From Ascidiella aspersa (Eukaryota): a stretch of DNA of 64,000 nucleotides. The position numbers and the translations under genes were made by a program. The notes under the pieces are model-generated. The model did no database searches. It worked only from the letters and a program-made list of their open reading frames with translations, and was not told the DNA's origin. Location: contig OZ004613.1 in NCBI GenBank assembly GCA_963924565.1, positions 20,956,001-21,020,000 on the forward strand, given 5' to 3'. Shown here in pieces: positions 39,351 through 53,713 of this stretch. The number at the start of each line of letters is the position of its first letter. Position 1 is the stretch's first letter.

Positions 39351-39800
39351 CTTTGCGACAAACTTTAACTTGTCAAATGCCCGAGCCGGAACCGCGGACT
39401 TGGACGATCAAGAAAGCCGATCCGAGATAGGGGAAGCTTCACGAGCTTCACGTGCACTACTACGCTCCATTCCCACGGCTGGTGTGCTACTCGCCGCTCG
39501 GGCGCGAATCTTCACACCTACCGGTCCCTTTTTCGCTTGGCGATGGGCGGGAAAGCGCGCGGGTGCCTGCGAGCGTGAAACGGCGCCCGGCGAGGAAATC
39601 GAAACTGCGGGGTGGCGGCTGAAATGGATACTCTCAACTTCACTACTGCAGCCGATTCGCGCACCCAAGTTTAAAAGGCAACAACATCACGGCTCTTGTA
39701 GCCACGATATGCAGCTGGATACGGCTGGAACTTTTCGCTCAGCGGGGTGAGGCTGCAGTAACAGTATCGACTTTAAAGTGCGGGATATAACGACCGCCAA
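39351..39800 (-). promoter_or_regulatory. Candidate promoter / non-coding first exon of the cadherin gene
   Basis: GC- and CpG-rich island ending on the minus strand in a donor-like aag|gttaga at 39351/39350. Polypyrimidine-cag acceptors lie just upstream of the cadherin ATG (~37588-37600). This is inference only, with no transcript evidence. Confidence 0.4.
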
Positions 39801-42800
39801 CAGGCAACAAACGTAGCAGGAAACTCCAACCGACACCGCCCTTATGGATCGGTGCATTGAAACCCCTTTCCAGTAACGGACATTACATAATTTTCATTTG
39901 AAGCGAAGGACATATGTACTGTAAAATTATCCCATGAGAGTTACAATGGACCTGAGCAAATTTTAAACTTTTGTAACTAGACCTTTGCTAAAGATAGTTG
40001 AGTAGCCCTGTTCTACACCCTACGACCAGACCTACTCATTTATCAATACGTCGTTTAGTGTCAGTAAATTGCAAATTGCCTAAATCAATTCTGCCGCAAT
40101 TTAAAGAATTGTTTGTCGTAAGTATTATATAATAACGTGTCGAGGTAACACCAATACGCTAATTTCGAACATAAAAAATTAAAATCTTTCTGTGAACGGA
40201 CTACATACATTAAAACGGATGTAACTTTTTGTATTAAAAAGCAGGTAGTTTTTTTTCCTACAGGCTTAAGTTTTACAAAAACAGTTTAGTATAAGTATAA
40301 CGTATTCTTGTTTAGCGAGGTATACCATGAGTTATACAAATCATATGTGACCCTAAAATCATAGGAGCTTTGCGTTTTTATATGAACAGTTAAAAGTATC
40401 CAGCATGTTTATAAGTAATTTTCAGAAAGGCGCAGCCAGATAACAAAACACTTTCTGTAGTCTCTCTGCCTTTTTAGCCGATTGTTTCTCTTACTATTTG
40501 GCTTGTACCAGCGCAAATATATATAAATTTTAACCTAAAATGGGCAAATATATTAACCTGAAATGCCCGAGCTTGGTCGTACGCCATGAAAATATCTTCA
40601 ACTGCATACTGCGGCTTCTTCGACTAGTAAAGGACAACCAACCGACTCGTGGTTTTGCCGAATGGACTTGATGCCGCCGCCCGAGACCGCAAACGGGTGC
40701 AAATCCGGGAACAAAGCGTTGCGCCTTCTCGCCTTACCGTAACTCTAGCGGGGCGCGGGGCAGGCCCGCGACTTCTAATTGATAATCTGTAAACTGTTTC
40801 GGAATCTTAGTTGCCAGAAAGGCACGTTTTTCGTTCGATAACCCTTGGTAGGTTCGAACGCAACGGAACTTGGAAATAAAAGAGAAACCTCTGCGAATCG
40901 GAACGGGTGATCAAGATAAATAATTTATTTCACCGAACGGAATAAATGATTTCCACTTACGTATCTTCACAACACAATTTTCAAGAGCTTTCTAAATTTT
41001 CAATCACGCCAATTACTAGTTCCGTAGCTACATTGCTCAACTTTTATTTTTTGTTTCACAAAAGAAACGAGGCCTAACTTTTAGCAGAAATATGCCACCT
41101 TTTTCTAAAAGTAAAAAACGCCCCATTTTTAACATTCCGTTAAACCCAGTGGTTTAATCTACTTCAAAAGCGCAGATCAGAAACCACTTACCCGGCAGAG
41201 ATAGACGTAACCTCTGATGTGCAGTGATACACTTCAAATGTTGTTTTTTGAGCGCCGCCTCACAATCCGAATGGAACAGATTACCGCGAGACCTCGCTTT
41301 ACTTCGTTGCCAGTACAAAGTACAAAGGCGGACAGATAAAAAGGCCTGTTTAGCAAAAAACTTGCCTCAAACCCCAAAGTCTAAAGGTCTTGGTTGTTCT
41401 TACACACATAATCATCTCGAATGCCATTGACGGATACACTTCGAAAGAAAAATAAATCACACAATTACCAACCCAACAAGTAGACAATCATCACACTGGT
41501 ATACAGGGGCGCTTGCCTGTTAAAACGTTTTTTATTACTCTATTTATTTATAATGAAACTACTATTCTTAAAATGCTCAAAACAACAAGGTTAGAATATT
41601 TTGGCAAGGTTTTATGAAAAAATAGACAAGTCCTAATAATACACATTACCAAAGCTAAACAGTTGTTGTTGAAAAAAAATCACATAAACTTTTAAACAAT
41701 GGCAGCGTCAATTTATATTAATCGAACAATACTTATTATAATAATTGTGCTCACAGCACAAAAAACTAATTATCACTCTTAATTAACAATTAAAGTCGCT
41801 TAAGTCGAAACTTACTTGTTATAATACACAACGGTTACGACCCCGACATTCGACTGCAATAAATGTTTATGATACGAAAATGCAACGTCGCAAGATGCAA
41901 CAAGCAAACGAAATAAGCTGACGTGTGTCGATTAGACGTATTAATTGCATACACTGCAGAACTATTTCAAAGCACTGTACATACAAAGTGACATAAAATC
42001 ATGAGATTCAATTAATATTAAATACCTTTAGAATGTAATGTCGCTGTTTTACTACAACTGCAACAAATATCGATCTTTAATAGATATCTTGTTCAATGCA
42101 ACCTTAGCCTGCGTAAGTGTTAACTGGTATATCGAAACAATCAAAACAAGCAAACATTACTGCGGCGTCAAATTAAGTAATTTATTTGCTCAACTGAGTT
42201 TACCCAAACAGAAAAAATGTCACAACCTGTCGCCCGAAAATACCGCACTAAATTGTTCGCTGCGCTTTTCCCCAACGTTTAGGCCGCGACAAGTCACGTG
42301 ACGCGCTGATGACGTAATGAAGTGTGTGTGACGGCCGAGTGAATCAGAATCGCGCGGGCCCAGTCAAGTAGCGACAGGGATTAAGGGATTTAGACACGAT
42401 TTCCGTTCGTCTCGGGTTCGAATCGCGCCAGGGTTGATTTCAACATTGCGCCTTGAATGTGATGCTTTGGGTTAGAATCCGATGGTAAATATTTACTTTT
42501 GGCATACTTTAAATAATATGGAGTTTCGGTGAAGAATCTTGCGCACAGCCTCTGATCTGTTTATAATTTCGACTAGCGGTTGAAATAAAATATTTATTGA
42601 AAGTTCTAACTGTTTCCTAAACTTCGATCCTTTTTGTCAGCGAAAATTAATATGATAGATATAAAAGAGATATTTTTGATTAGTTTTACTGGTTATTTCC
42701 ACTTGAAAACGTCATCAAATGCGACATTTTACGTTTGTTTGACACAAAATAACATTTTAAGAGTTACACATGGCGTTTTAAGATCACGGCTGTGCCGTGT

Positions 42801-45800
42801 ACAGCTGTTAGAAAACAAGTATTTGCGGCCAAAATAGGTTTCACCAATGAATACTTTGTATTAATTATATTATGAAGTAATGGCAGAAAACACAAGTTTG
42901 AGTTTAACTTGCTAATATTTAAAACAACATCTGTTCATGGCCCCCAGAAGGACAAAGGACATGGTTACATGTTGAGAAACCTTGTTGTTTCAACTGTGTT
43001 GTGAGTTTGGGACACTGTATGCGCCGTTGTGTAAACGGCAAAAAACTATAAAAGCGCGTTTTAAGAACCTGTGGATGTTTATCACTACTTTCAGAGCCTT
43101 TGGGGGCAAACTGGGACAAAAATCTGTCCCTTTTAGTAACAACCGATCAATTCCGAAAGCGAACTCGCTTGCCTCGCGATAATTACGCACTGCCCCTTTG
43201 CAATTTCTGGCGAATTTCGGTGTTTTGCGACAGATAAAAGCTCGAGACATCAGCAGCGATCGATTGTGGCGCGGGCGAGCGTTCCTAATCAATCACGGCC
43301 TGCTGTCAGGCTGCAAGAGGGCTCCCACAGAACAGCACGGCGGGAAACTGACCAACTGGGGCGCTTCGCTCGCTACTTAATGCGATCCAAGAAAAGCACG
43401 TCCTTCTATCATCTAATTTGCGTCGAGAATCAGACTGACCATCTCGGCGCGGGCAGAAATTGGAAATAAGGCGGTTTTATCCCGCCTGGCCTGACCAATG
43501 GCCGACACATTGCCGTTTCCCTGTGTCTTGTTACCCGTGTCCCGTGTGACAGGCGAAATTCGGTTAAGATCGAAGACGGTCTGTGTTCCGGACAGTCGGA
43601 GAAAGCGCTTGATGTAAACGCGCCTCCGTTTAGCCCTGTTCATTAGAGACAATCTGTGTAAAATGGCGGCATTGATTGTACCTAATACACCAGGAAGAAA
43701 GCCTAATGCGAAACCCCCTACCTTCTAAATAACGCGGCAAAAACAGAAGTGTCCCAATTTCGGCACAGAAACCAACAGGCTTGAATAACTAAAGAAATAT
43801 CAAACACGAAAATTTATCTGTATACAACTATAAATATATAAAAGTTATTACATCCTGGCTAAATGATGTACAAAATTATATCCCTTTGACTTGTATAGGT
43901 CGTCAAAACGTTGGAGAACAAAAATATTTACCATGAAACTATTTTTGATTAATACAAAGTACTAGTAATAATCGAAATACTAACTCAAGTATCACAGCAT
44001 AACCGACATGAAAATGATGTCAGCAATATTGGGAAAACCATTTTGAGACTGGGGGTTTAATGTTTTCTAGACATTACGGAAATTAAAGGAGCGGCACTAT
44101 AAAAAAAGCTATTCCACATCAATCGCCACTACGGTCCTAAGAAGAAAGTTCGTTTTCGAAGCAGCAGCGCGGGGGTGGGCAGTGAGATAACGCATGTTTA
44201 CAACCATGGTTTAACATTTGCCAGGCCTTGTTCTGGAGTGCGTGTACACTCCACAGACTATCCGCCGCTCTTGTGTATAGTGCGTAGGAGCATATATGGG
44301 TCTTTCTCCGATGAGTCAACACGCACTTGCATCAACACTGGAATTAGGCAAAGAATAGCCAGAGAACTCAAACTAATCCAGGCCCCAATCATCAAGCGCC
44401 GCACTGCGACGACGTACCCCTTTACCCAGGCCTGACTAAGCGACCGTGTTGATATTGTTAATCCCCGTAGCCGCACGAGTCTCGTTTCGACCCGGTTTCG
44501 CCACTCTGGGCCCCACTCGGCACGTTTTTATATTTAACCCAGACTGTTTTCTCCCGCGGCCCGTATAAGCATTTACTGGCACTATTTCCAGTGATGGTGA
44601 ATTCCGTTGACCGTTGTGGCCACAGTGCTACTACAAAAAACATTTCTCACGCACATTCTTAACTGGTGAAAGAGAAATAACCTTATATGGGAATTCGGTT
44701 AACGCTTGTATGTTGATTATTTACCAAAAACACATACATTGCTTACATTAAATAACAGATTGCCGAAAATATATTTGTAAAACACAAAAAAATATGAGCG
44801 TTGATTATATTTATACCTGGGCAACAATGGAAAACAGGTCATTGTTTGTTTTTAAATTAAACGAAAAGATATTGTTGATTGTCCTTTTAACATAATGAGA
44901 GACTGTTGTAGTAAGAATACCTAGGAGGTTTATCACAAAAAACTATCATGACATAAGAAACACGTTATTTGTCCGGAGTTCTAACCAAAAAGTAGCACAA
45001 TATTTAGCGTTACAAATGACACAATACATCGCCTTTGGATCCCAACAGAATATTTTGGTGAGCTACAGATATCAGTAAGCTTAAATAAACATAAAATATA
45101 ACCAGAGTCAACATATTTATTCTTGTCCCTGCAGTGCACGCTGACAAATCTTAGCCGACTAATTGCCACCACAATGCAACATAATTAATTTATCAAGAAA
45201 GCAATTAATTATGCATGAGGCACCCACGAATAAACACGCAGACAAGCGCTAATGACCGCTGGAAATTTACGACCAACAGCGAACAAGAAGAGAGTGCCAC
45301 TTCAACGCAAAATCAACAGAGTGCAATGATATAAACTCGAGCACTAAACCCTGGTCTATAAGCTAGTATATTAGTTGGCTTTGCAACTGCGACGGGCGCC
45401 AAGTTGATTAATCCAGTACTCCTGTGTTCGTAAACAAACCTTTTTACAATAGACTGCTTGATAAACAAATAGCAATGTTTTGATAAATAACTGTACTTCC
45501 AATGCCGACATCGAAAGTTGAATAAATCGACAAACGACGAAAATACTTTTATTTGAAATAAATCTTACCAAACTAGAAACTGCAGCCTACATTGATTTTA
45601 ACGAAAAAATGTCGTGACCTACATTATTTACATTGAACAAAAATCCAAGGGAAATCTCTAGAGTTTAACTACGTATCCAACCGCCTGTCTACCTATGTGT
45701 CATGCTGGACATCACGGTGGCAGCAGATTTCTAAGATAAGGTATCCCGCCGGCGTCGCAGCGTCCATTTGACCCTAATCTAGCCGGCTCTTCTGTAAGCC

Positions 45801-48800
45801 CATCTCCCCAAAGACTACACGCACGGTGGGCCTATTGCGGCTCTGTGCAGCGTAATTGATGAGCACTGGTCTTGAAAATGGGATTTGCCATGGCTTTCCG
45901 GGGCAATGATGAAGAATGAGGATGAAGGATCATTATGCATTCCTATTTTGGAGTTCAATTGTGTGGTTTCACCAAAGTAGTGACCGCATATCAGCACTTT
46001 ATTTCAACTACACAACAGTTTTATCATATTTAAACTTACAAACAATTTCTGAGTTAAATTAAAAAAAACTAGGTATAAAACCAACTTATCAAGCCTTTAA
46101 TTCGATTAATCAGTAAATTGACATTAGGGAAAATATTTGTTCACTTTCTTTAACATCCAAGCAAAAGTAATGATTTATTGTAAAAAGTAGAACAAAGCAC
46201 AATTGTTTGAATAATTATTACATACTGGATACTATTTTAAAGCCGGTATAACTCGTACAGAACAGACCAATTACAAAAAAACATAGCCTATTGAAGTCGG
46301 TTCACTTTTTTTCGTTGCCAATGAAATACAGCCTCATACGGCAGACACTGCCAAACAAGAAATTACTCTAAAACACTTGACCAAAAATGGCTTGGGTTAC
46401 ACGGGCAAAATTTCACCACCCATTAAATACGGTGTCGCGTGGCGCAAATTGTTTCGCGGTTTACCGGTTGCGTAAAACGACGTCGCAAAATGTCGGCAGC
46501 GATTTGTCGAAACACGAGTGCACCGATAATTTGTTTTTGAGAACACTACACCCGATTGTCTGCGTCGGCTTCCAAGGGGAAGGAAAAATCTCAGACAATT
46601 TGAACTCAGAAATTTTCGAAGGCTAGACGGATGGATTTGTTCTCCAACAACTTTAAGATGTTTCATACTTACAAGGCATAAATACGACGTAAAAATGTGT
46701 TAAAACCATAACTGTAGATTATTTCAAAGACAACAATCTTTTGATTTTTTAACGCAAAATTGCCGAAGAACAAAGTTTATAAAGTAAAACGAAAATTTGG
46801 TTGGGTAAAGAACTAACTCCTTACTTAATATAAATGATATCCGAACCGTACCTTTTTTAGGGTTCAACCTGTACCTCAACTAAATAAAAGACTGTACAGC
46901 ACCTTAGAAAGAACATGTGTAGGTAATGAAAAGACTGAACAAAAACACCTAAATTATAAAATGTACAAAACTCAGATATTAAATTGGAGTTTATCAACAC
47001 AAGCTGTGCTACATAATTTTAGTCGTAGTTTTATAAAAAGAAAAGTTATTGTAAAATGACACGAAATTTTCTTGACTATTTCGATTTTCTGCACTTTTTA
47101 TAACTTTAGATGGACGTTATCGTGCTTCGCAAAAAACTGGCAGGTTGCGCGGGCGCCACAGTTTACCAAACAACTTCGTCTCATTTCAAATTCTAAAAAT
47201 GTATCGCCTTAAAAAAACGCAAGCCAATTATTAGTAAAGCCAATCTACTAGCTCTTCTGTACAGTAACGCAAACAGCGCTACATAATTATTATTTACGGT
47301 AAAATATATTGTCGTTACATTACAAACAATATCAATTGTTATTTTTTATTTTTGTTAATTATTTGTTTTAAACGTTTTTTCTGATTAATAAGTCCCAAAT
47401 AATGCACAGACACGGGTAAATCTATAAAAAATTATTATTAAACAACTTCGAAAAATGTGTTTTATTATTCAAGTTTTAATTAATCAAACATAGAAATAAC
47501 TTAACAACTAACAGATATATACCGAGTTACCAAAATTATACACTTACGTTTTCAAAGAAATTTTTACCGACTTAAAGAAATATTCCTGCAGGCTAAAGAT
47601 TACCCTGTACCTTTCAATACTGCCTCTAAGATGTTTGTGTGATTTCACCACTTTCATAAAGGCTTTTTAGAAAACCTAAACCCTGTTCAAAACATTTGTG
47701 GTTACAGGCTAATATTCACTCAAATTTCAGCCCTGCTGGATATTATGAGAAAATGAGCGGAGGCGAAAGGCCCGCCCAGCAGTATTCGGACCGCAAATAA
47801 ATCGCCGAATCCAAAATGAGGAGCATCATTGAGCGGGCAATCAGCGGAGGCGATATGGCAAATGGGAAACCCGACCGCAAAGCGACATATTTAGGGCCCC
47901 GTCGTACATCGGCGCATCGCAATAATAGAGCAACCCCGCTGTGCAAATAGCGGGGGGTGCGCGGAGTGGCGTCTTGCGAAGTCACAAGCCTTTCGTCGCG
48001 CGCTGGAGAAAGTCGTTTGTTGTGGCGTCGCTCGCCAACGATGCGATGATGAATATGATGGAACTTCATACCGGGACGCTTTCGTTTATGGCGACGGCAA
48101 GTCGAGCTGAGTCAAAAACTCCCCCAGTAGCTGGGCACTGTCGAGTCCTTTTGATAACGTCGCGGCATCGGCTCTTCTATTTAGAAATTCGGCAAGTTTT
48201 TATTCTTGTCTGGCTTTCGTCACGCCGCAAACGCACAAGACTCCTTAGACGACTGCATGAGACCGGCCAACCGGCGGGGTTTCTGAACCGTTTTCTTACT
48301 TATTTACGATATACAGTGAGACCTGACCGGGTCATATACTGTATGACGTGGCTGACGGATACCGCCTGAAAAAACATTCATACGTGCCGTCGGGTTCAAC
48401 GTACGTACTATCAGCGGTTACGCACGTTTCAAAAAGTTCGGAACTGAAATTTGAGATAAAATGCCAACATAAACGTTGCCGAAGCTGAAACAGCTGTTAA
48501 ATATACTTGACTCATCCAGCCCAGCTGTTTTCAGTTATTAAAATATCGTAAAACCCTAGCAAAAATTAAATCGAAACCTATTCCTCATTCAACTCCTTTA
48601 CCAAATCATAATGTCGCCGCAAAGCTAATCCGAATCTGTTGAACAGAGTGGTTGACGTAAGTCAAATTAAAAACTATTAGCACTAATTCGATCCCGACGT
48701 ATTCAACAAGCCTGCAAGTTATTGTTTCAAATAAGCCAACATCTGTGTTATCTGCAGACTACTAATGCACATTAACGCGCTGGACAACTTCCTGTGCTCC

Positions 48801-49240
48801 AAGCCTGACACCCACACACAACAATGGCGATTCAAAACTAATTTACCCTTTGAAGTTCGATAATGGCGGCCTGTCACTCAAACAACGCTCCAGTACGGTT
48901 GTTTATAACCTCTGGGAGTTGAGAAAACTCAGGGCAAAGAAAGTTGTCGTTCAAACGCTTCGCAGCCTATAGGGATACACATTCATATATATATGCTGTA
49001 GGTTAGTTTGAATTCAATATGACCATTCCCTGCCGCAAAGTTTGAATTTGCTAGCCTCTCACGTTAATCGAATTGGCATCGTCAGATTTGGCGCGCACCA
49101 AAATTCCTCTGTTATCACCTTGCTTGCGTTATGTTATCTCGGCCTGTCTACTATATTTTCTCTGTGATCCTAACCACGACCCAAGAAAATAAATCAAACG
49201 ACATGCACTACGAAATAAGTAGCAGTAAATAAGGCACGGT

Positions 49241-49450
49241 GCTGGTCCATAATCCTACCCCAGTGTTGAAATAAAACAGGTATGAAATCAAAGCATAATA
49301 TTTGGGTTAGGGTGTAGGTTAGGTTAGTTTTTTGGTTACGAAGTATTATTCTATTTATTATTTAGTAATAATACTTGATCTACCCCAACTCAAACTCTAA
49401 CCCGCAAACTAACCCAAATGATGTGCTTAGTGGTAGGATTCTAGACCAGC
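49241..49450. mobile_element. MITE-like element with telomere-like (gggtta/taaccc) inner repeats
   Basis: 19-bp inverted ends gctggtccataatcctacc / ggtaggattctagaccagc; inner gggttagggtgtaggttaggttag facing ctctaacccgcaaactaaccc. Confidence 0.6.
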
Positions 49451-50146
49451 GCACAAGACACTTAAAATATAGATACATTTTTTTAAAGACTATCCTAATA
49501 CACTATATTGGCATGTGTTCTGTCACACCAGCTACATTGTTAATATATATACAAGAAGGATTTTAAATTTATTCATAAGCGCTATCTGAAGAATATTTCT
49601 AAAACAGTTTTACAAATGTTAAGCTAGAATTTTAGAAATACTTTGGCGGTCGAAGCTTTTAAACCACACAATCATATTTTGACTGAGTCGCATAACACAC
49701 GGTATTCCCAAACAAGTTTTAGGGCATTGTGACGTAATAGAAACGGTTAGGCAAACAACTTGTGTGCTTGCCGCATAATGTTTTACATAAAAGTTGCAAA
49801 ATCCTTTGTAAGACTCCAGCAAAAACACACATTTGAACATCACTATTTATTAAAGCCTGACTAGTAATTGACCGCAAAAAAACGGAAGGTATTTTAACAG
49901 TCTCTGTTCTTAACTGAAAGTTTTTATAAATATCCAACAGCGTTCAACGGCTACCAGTTGAAACGGCTGAAGGTTGAACATTACGAACAATCGATTTCTC
50001 GACCTACAATCGATGACAGGTCTCTCATGGGTCGAAGGAACACTCTTGACTCATCAGACAAGAAGCCAATTTTTACTCAATTACAAGAAGTCCGCAACAA
50101 TCTGGCAATATAATCAACTGGCATAAGGTATTTCATTGTTTTATAA

Positions 50147-52521
50147 CAGGGTAGTCCAAACCCTGGCACGCGGGCCGCATGCGGCCCGCGGACACATTTC
50201 GTGCGGCCCGCAGAATAATTTTAGTTTACATAAAAAATTTTCAGTTTTGTTCATTAATTGCCGAACGATCGCCATGTTTTCTAGAGATACGATTCGTTAC
50301 ATCATGATAATGTAGTACTGTAAACAGCTGTTTTTTGGTATTTATGACGTAACAGTGGTATAAAATTAGTTTTCATTAGAAGTTGGGTAAGGTAGTGTAC
50401 TTGAACACAGTTAGCTACAAGCACGTGTGACAGCCGTAATCGCAACTTAGGCAGGATTTGTTGTTGTTTGACGATAGTAATAGGCCTACTTACGCTGAAA
50501 GTTATAAAATTAGCCCAGTACAAAACTTCCTAATAAAATGAGTCTTAAAAGAAAGGTGACAGAGGAAAACAGAGTGTTTAATTCTAACTGGGAGGAAAAG
50601 TATTTATTTGGCGACAACAATGGTAAACCACAGTGTTTGGTGTGCTTTCAGTATTATCTGTTCCGAAAGAGTTTAATTTGAAACGACATTACAACACCAA
50701 ACATAAGGAAAAATACGGAAACTACCACGGGACTTCTCGGGAAGCAATTTTAAAAGAACTGAAGGGTAACTTCTATAAACAAAAAAATATGATTTCCAAT
50801 TTTGCCAAAAATGATTCAACCGCAAACATGAAAGCATCATAGGAAGTTGCATTAACGCTCGCTAAGCACGGTAAGGCTATTCGTGGCGGGGAAATCATAA
50901 AAGAATGTGCAATTAGGATGGCTCCTGCATTTGGAGATAAAAAAATTGCCAAAAAAATTGAAAATGTGTCTTTATCCCATCAAACCGTTGCGAGAAGAGT
51001 GGTCGATTTAAGCGACAATGTTACTTCACAATTGAAAGAAGTTGTTCAGCAGTGCAAGTTCTTCTCTCTGGCCTTAGATGAAAGTACTGATATCAGTGAC
51101 ATTATTAGTCAACTCCTAATTTTCATCCGCACTATTGATGAAAACTTTGTTGTTTGCGAAGAACTGCTCAAGACAGTTCCACTTCATGGGACTACAAAAG
51201 GCTTGGACATTTATAACAGCCTCGCCTCTGTCGTTGATGCATATGGAGGTTTTGAGAAATGTTCATGTGTTGCAACAGATGGTGCCAGGGCAATGACAGG
51301 AAGGAGAAATGGCCTGGTTGGCATACTTAAAAGTCATGGTGTGGATTGCCTAACATTTCATTGCATCCTTCACCAAGAAGCACTATGTGCCAAAGTTTTG
51401 AACATGAGTGAAATTATGCATAGTGTTTCAAATATAGTAAACATCATCAAAGGGGGAATAAGGCTCTTCGACATAGAAAGTTCACCCAATTCCTTAAAGA
51501 CGGGGATGCGGAATATGAAGATATTCCACTATTCTCTCACATCCGATGGTTAAGTGCAGGCAAAACACTGAAATGCTTTTTTTCTTTGAGAAAAGAAATT
51601 TTGACTTTTATCCAGAATGAAATAGGAGGGTTTCCTGAATACGTGATTCAATTGAATGATGATAAGTTTATAGGTTCACTGGCATTCTTGACTGATATTA
51701 CTAATCACTTAAACACCTTAAACATGAAGTTGCAAGGTAAGAAACAAAACACATCTCAATTGGTGGGATACGTTGAAGGTTTTCGCAAGAAACTTCTATT
51801 ATTCAAGACTTCTTTGCAAAGAAATGATGCTACTCATTTTCCTTTCATGCTGTGAATTACTTTTTAAAAATATTGCATTCGTCACATTTTCCGAGAAAAT
51901 AGGTGACATTATTGACGAGTTTAGCAGCAGATTCGCTGACTTTGATTCACTGAAAGCAGAATTGGAGCTTTTCAATAATCCACTGGAAGTAGATACTGAG
52001 TCTCAACCGTCTTATGTCCAACAAGAATTATGTGAACTGCAATCAGATCCTTTTCTTTTGTCAAGAAAAATGAGCGTTACGACACCTTTTGGAAACTTGT
52101 AAGCTACGAGCAGTTTCCACGCTTAAGAGAACTTGCACTGTAGATGTGTTCCATGTTTGGTAGTACCTTCATTTGCGAAAGCACTTTTTCAATTATGAAG
52201 CGAATAAAAAGTGATGTACGAAACAGAATAGCTGATGAAACGCTGATGCCTGCTTACGATTGTCGACAACCGAAATCAATGCTGACATTGAAAATCAAAA
52301 GCAAGAAACAATGAATTGTTTTGTTATTTTGTTTGTGCTTCATCTATATTTCCCTAATGTAAAAAAACACCACTCTTGGCTAATTAGTTCGGTAAACTCG
52401 CTTATTTAATAGAGTAAAACTTGCAGTTTATTGATTACTTTGGAGTTTCCCCGACTGCGGCCCGCAAGGCTTTCTCAAATTTTTTTGCGGCCCTTCATTC
52501 GGTCAACTTTGGACCACCCTG
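50147..52521 (+). mobile_element. hAT DNA transposon, SPIN/Buster (GTF2IRD2-like transposase) type, full length but non-functional
   Basis: TIRs cagggtagtccaaa (50147) and tttggaccaccctg (ends 52521). Perfect 8-bp TSD ttttataa (50139-50146, 52522-52529). Subterminal gcggcccgc motifs at both ends. Internal transposase remnants. Confidence 0.95.
50538..52317 (+). pseudogene. Disrupted hAT transposase
   Basis: Starts MSLKRKVTEENRVFNSNWEEKYLF...KPQCLVC (zinc-finger start). Fragments carry FSLALDESTD, ATDGARAM, FHCILHQEALC, RWLS and SMFGSTFICESTFSIM. It is split over several frames with in-frame stops (for example TAG near 50840 and 52141). End coordinate is approximate. Confidence 0.9.
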
Positions 52522-53713
52522 TTTTATAAAAAAACGCAATCTGCACTATGGCCATTTTGTCGAAATTTATGTACACAGATTTGCGTTGTAAAAATTCTCT
52601 TAGGCATAGTGTAAAAAAAGCATCAACAAGATTTAGCAAAGCATGAGCTAAATATAATATAAATCATTTTACTGTGCAGCAAAAAATGCTCGTGTTTTCT
52701 GGGGAATTATCACGAGGGTTTAAAAATCTCACTTAATGTTTATAAACTTTGCTCCGGTTTTATATGTTAATAATTTAAACAAAAAGGATATGCTGGAGCA
52801 TTTTAAAATCACCTGAAAAATAAATTGTTTCTTCATGGTTGAAATGAATGCAAATAAAAGTGTTATCATAAATTAGGGCTGTTTATATTTTAAGTGTGTG
52901 TTTTGTGCAAGCAAGAGCTACTGCTGACTGCCTAATGAAAAATGTTTCTAACTATAAGGTACAATGCATAAAGGAACGTGTTTTTTGCAAGGACAAATCA
53001 TATCTTGTATAGGAGAAAGGAATACAAAGATACACACAAAAAAATTGTTTATACATTTTTGCAAAGAACATAGGAACTAGGTTATACTGATAGTCGAGCT
53101 TTAAGGTTGACATCGCGAACAGCGTTCTTTTTCAGTATACCTTACTAACCGATGCAAAACCAATACTATTATTGAAATAAAATTACTCGTAACTATATTG
53201 TTCAAATAAATAACTCACAAAACACGCGTGACCATTTATTCTTGTATCGGTACGATTCGGACGAGTGAGTTAACTTACGGACAAACAACAACAATACTTG
53301 GTTTTAGGTTTCAGGTAATGGGATAGATGTGCATACTGCTTCAAAGTTACTACAAACGCTATATTCAAGCAAAATTATTTTATCGAAACAACAAGCCATT
53401 TTTTAAAAGGTAAAATCCGCTTAAAGGTAGTTTAACGAATGCAATATAACTGCTGGGTAAAGTGCACGCGAAAAAAAAGCAGGAGTTTTAACAAAATGAA
53501 AACACGTTTTTGCATTTGTCACAAAGTTGGGTTTAGGTTTAAATTTTTAATTTTTATCCTACAAAAGATATCTAAAATTAAAAAATACCTAATTTTAAGA
53601 TTGGGCCTTTGGGTGCTGACAAGTGGAATTTACGACAAATCACAGAGTAAAAACATTAACGTTTGAATTTTTTCAAAAAAAAATATGTGTGCTGGACTGC
53701 TGGTGTTTCGAAT

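Noticed and set aside
39370-39750. 126-aa and 86-aa GC-rich ORFs (also 47743-48369)
   Set aside because: They have non-ATG or weak starts, no domain similarity and no phase-compatible exon chain. GC-rich regulatory or UTR DNA explains them better.
49300-49420. Interstitial telomere
   Set aside because: The repeats are few, degenerate and enclosed by inverted ends, so they belong to a MITE.
50020-50060. CTGATGA-GTC...GAC on the minus strand as another hammerhead (similar cores near 24946, 35890, 42306, 49080, 52232)
   Set aside because: No GAAA follows stem II and there is no stem I/III pairing.
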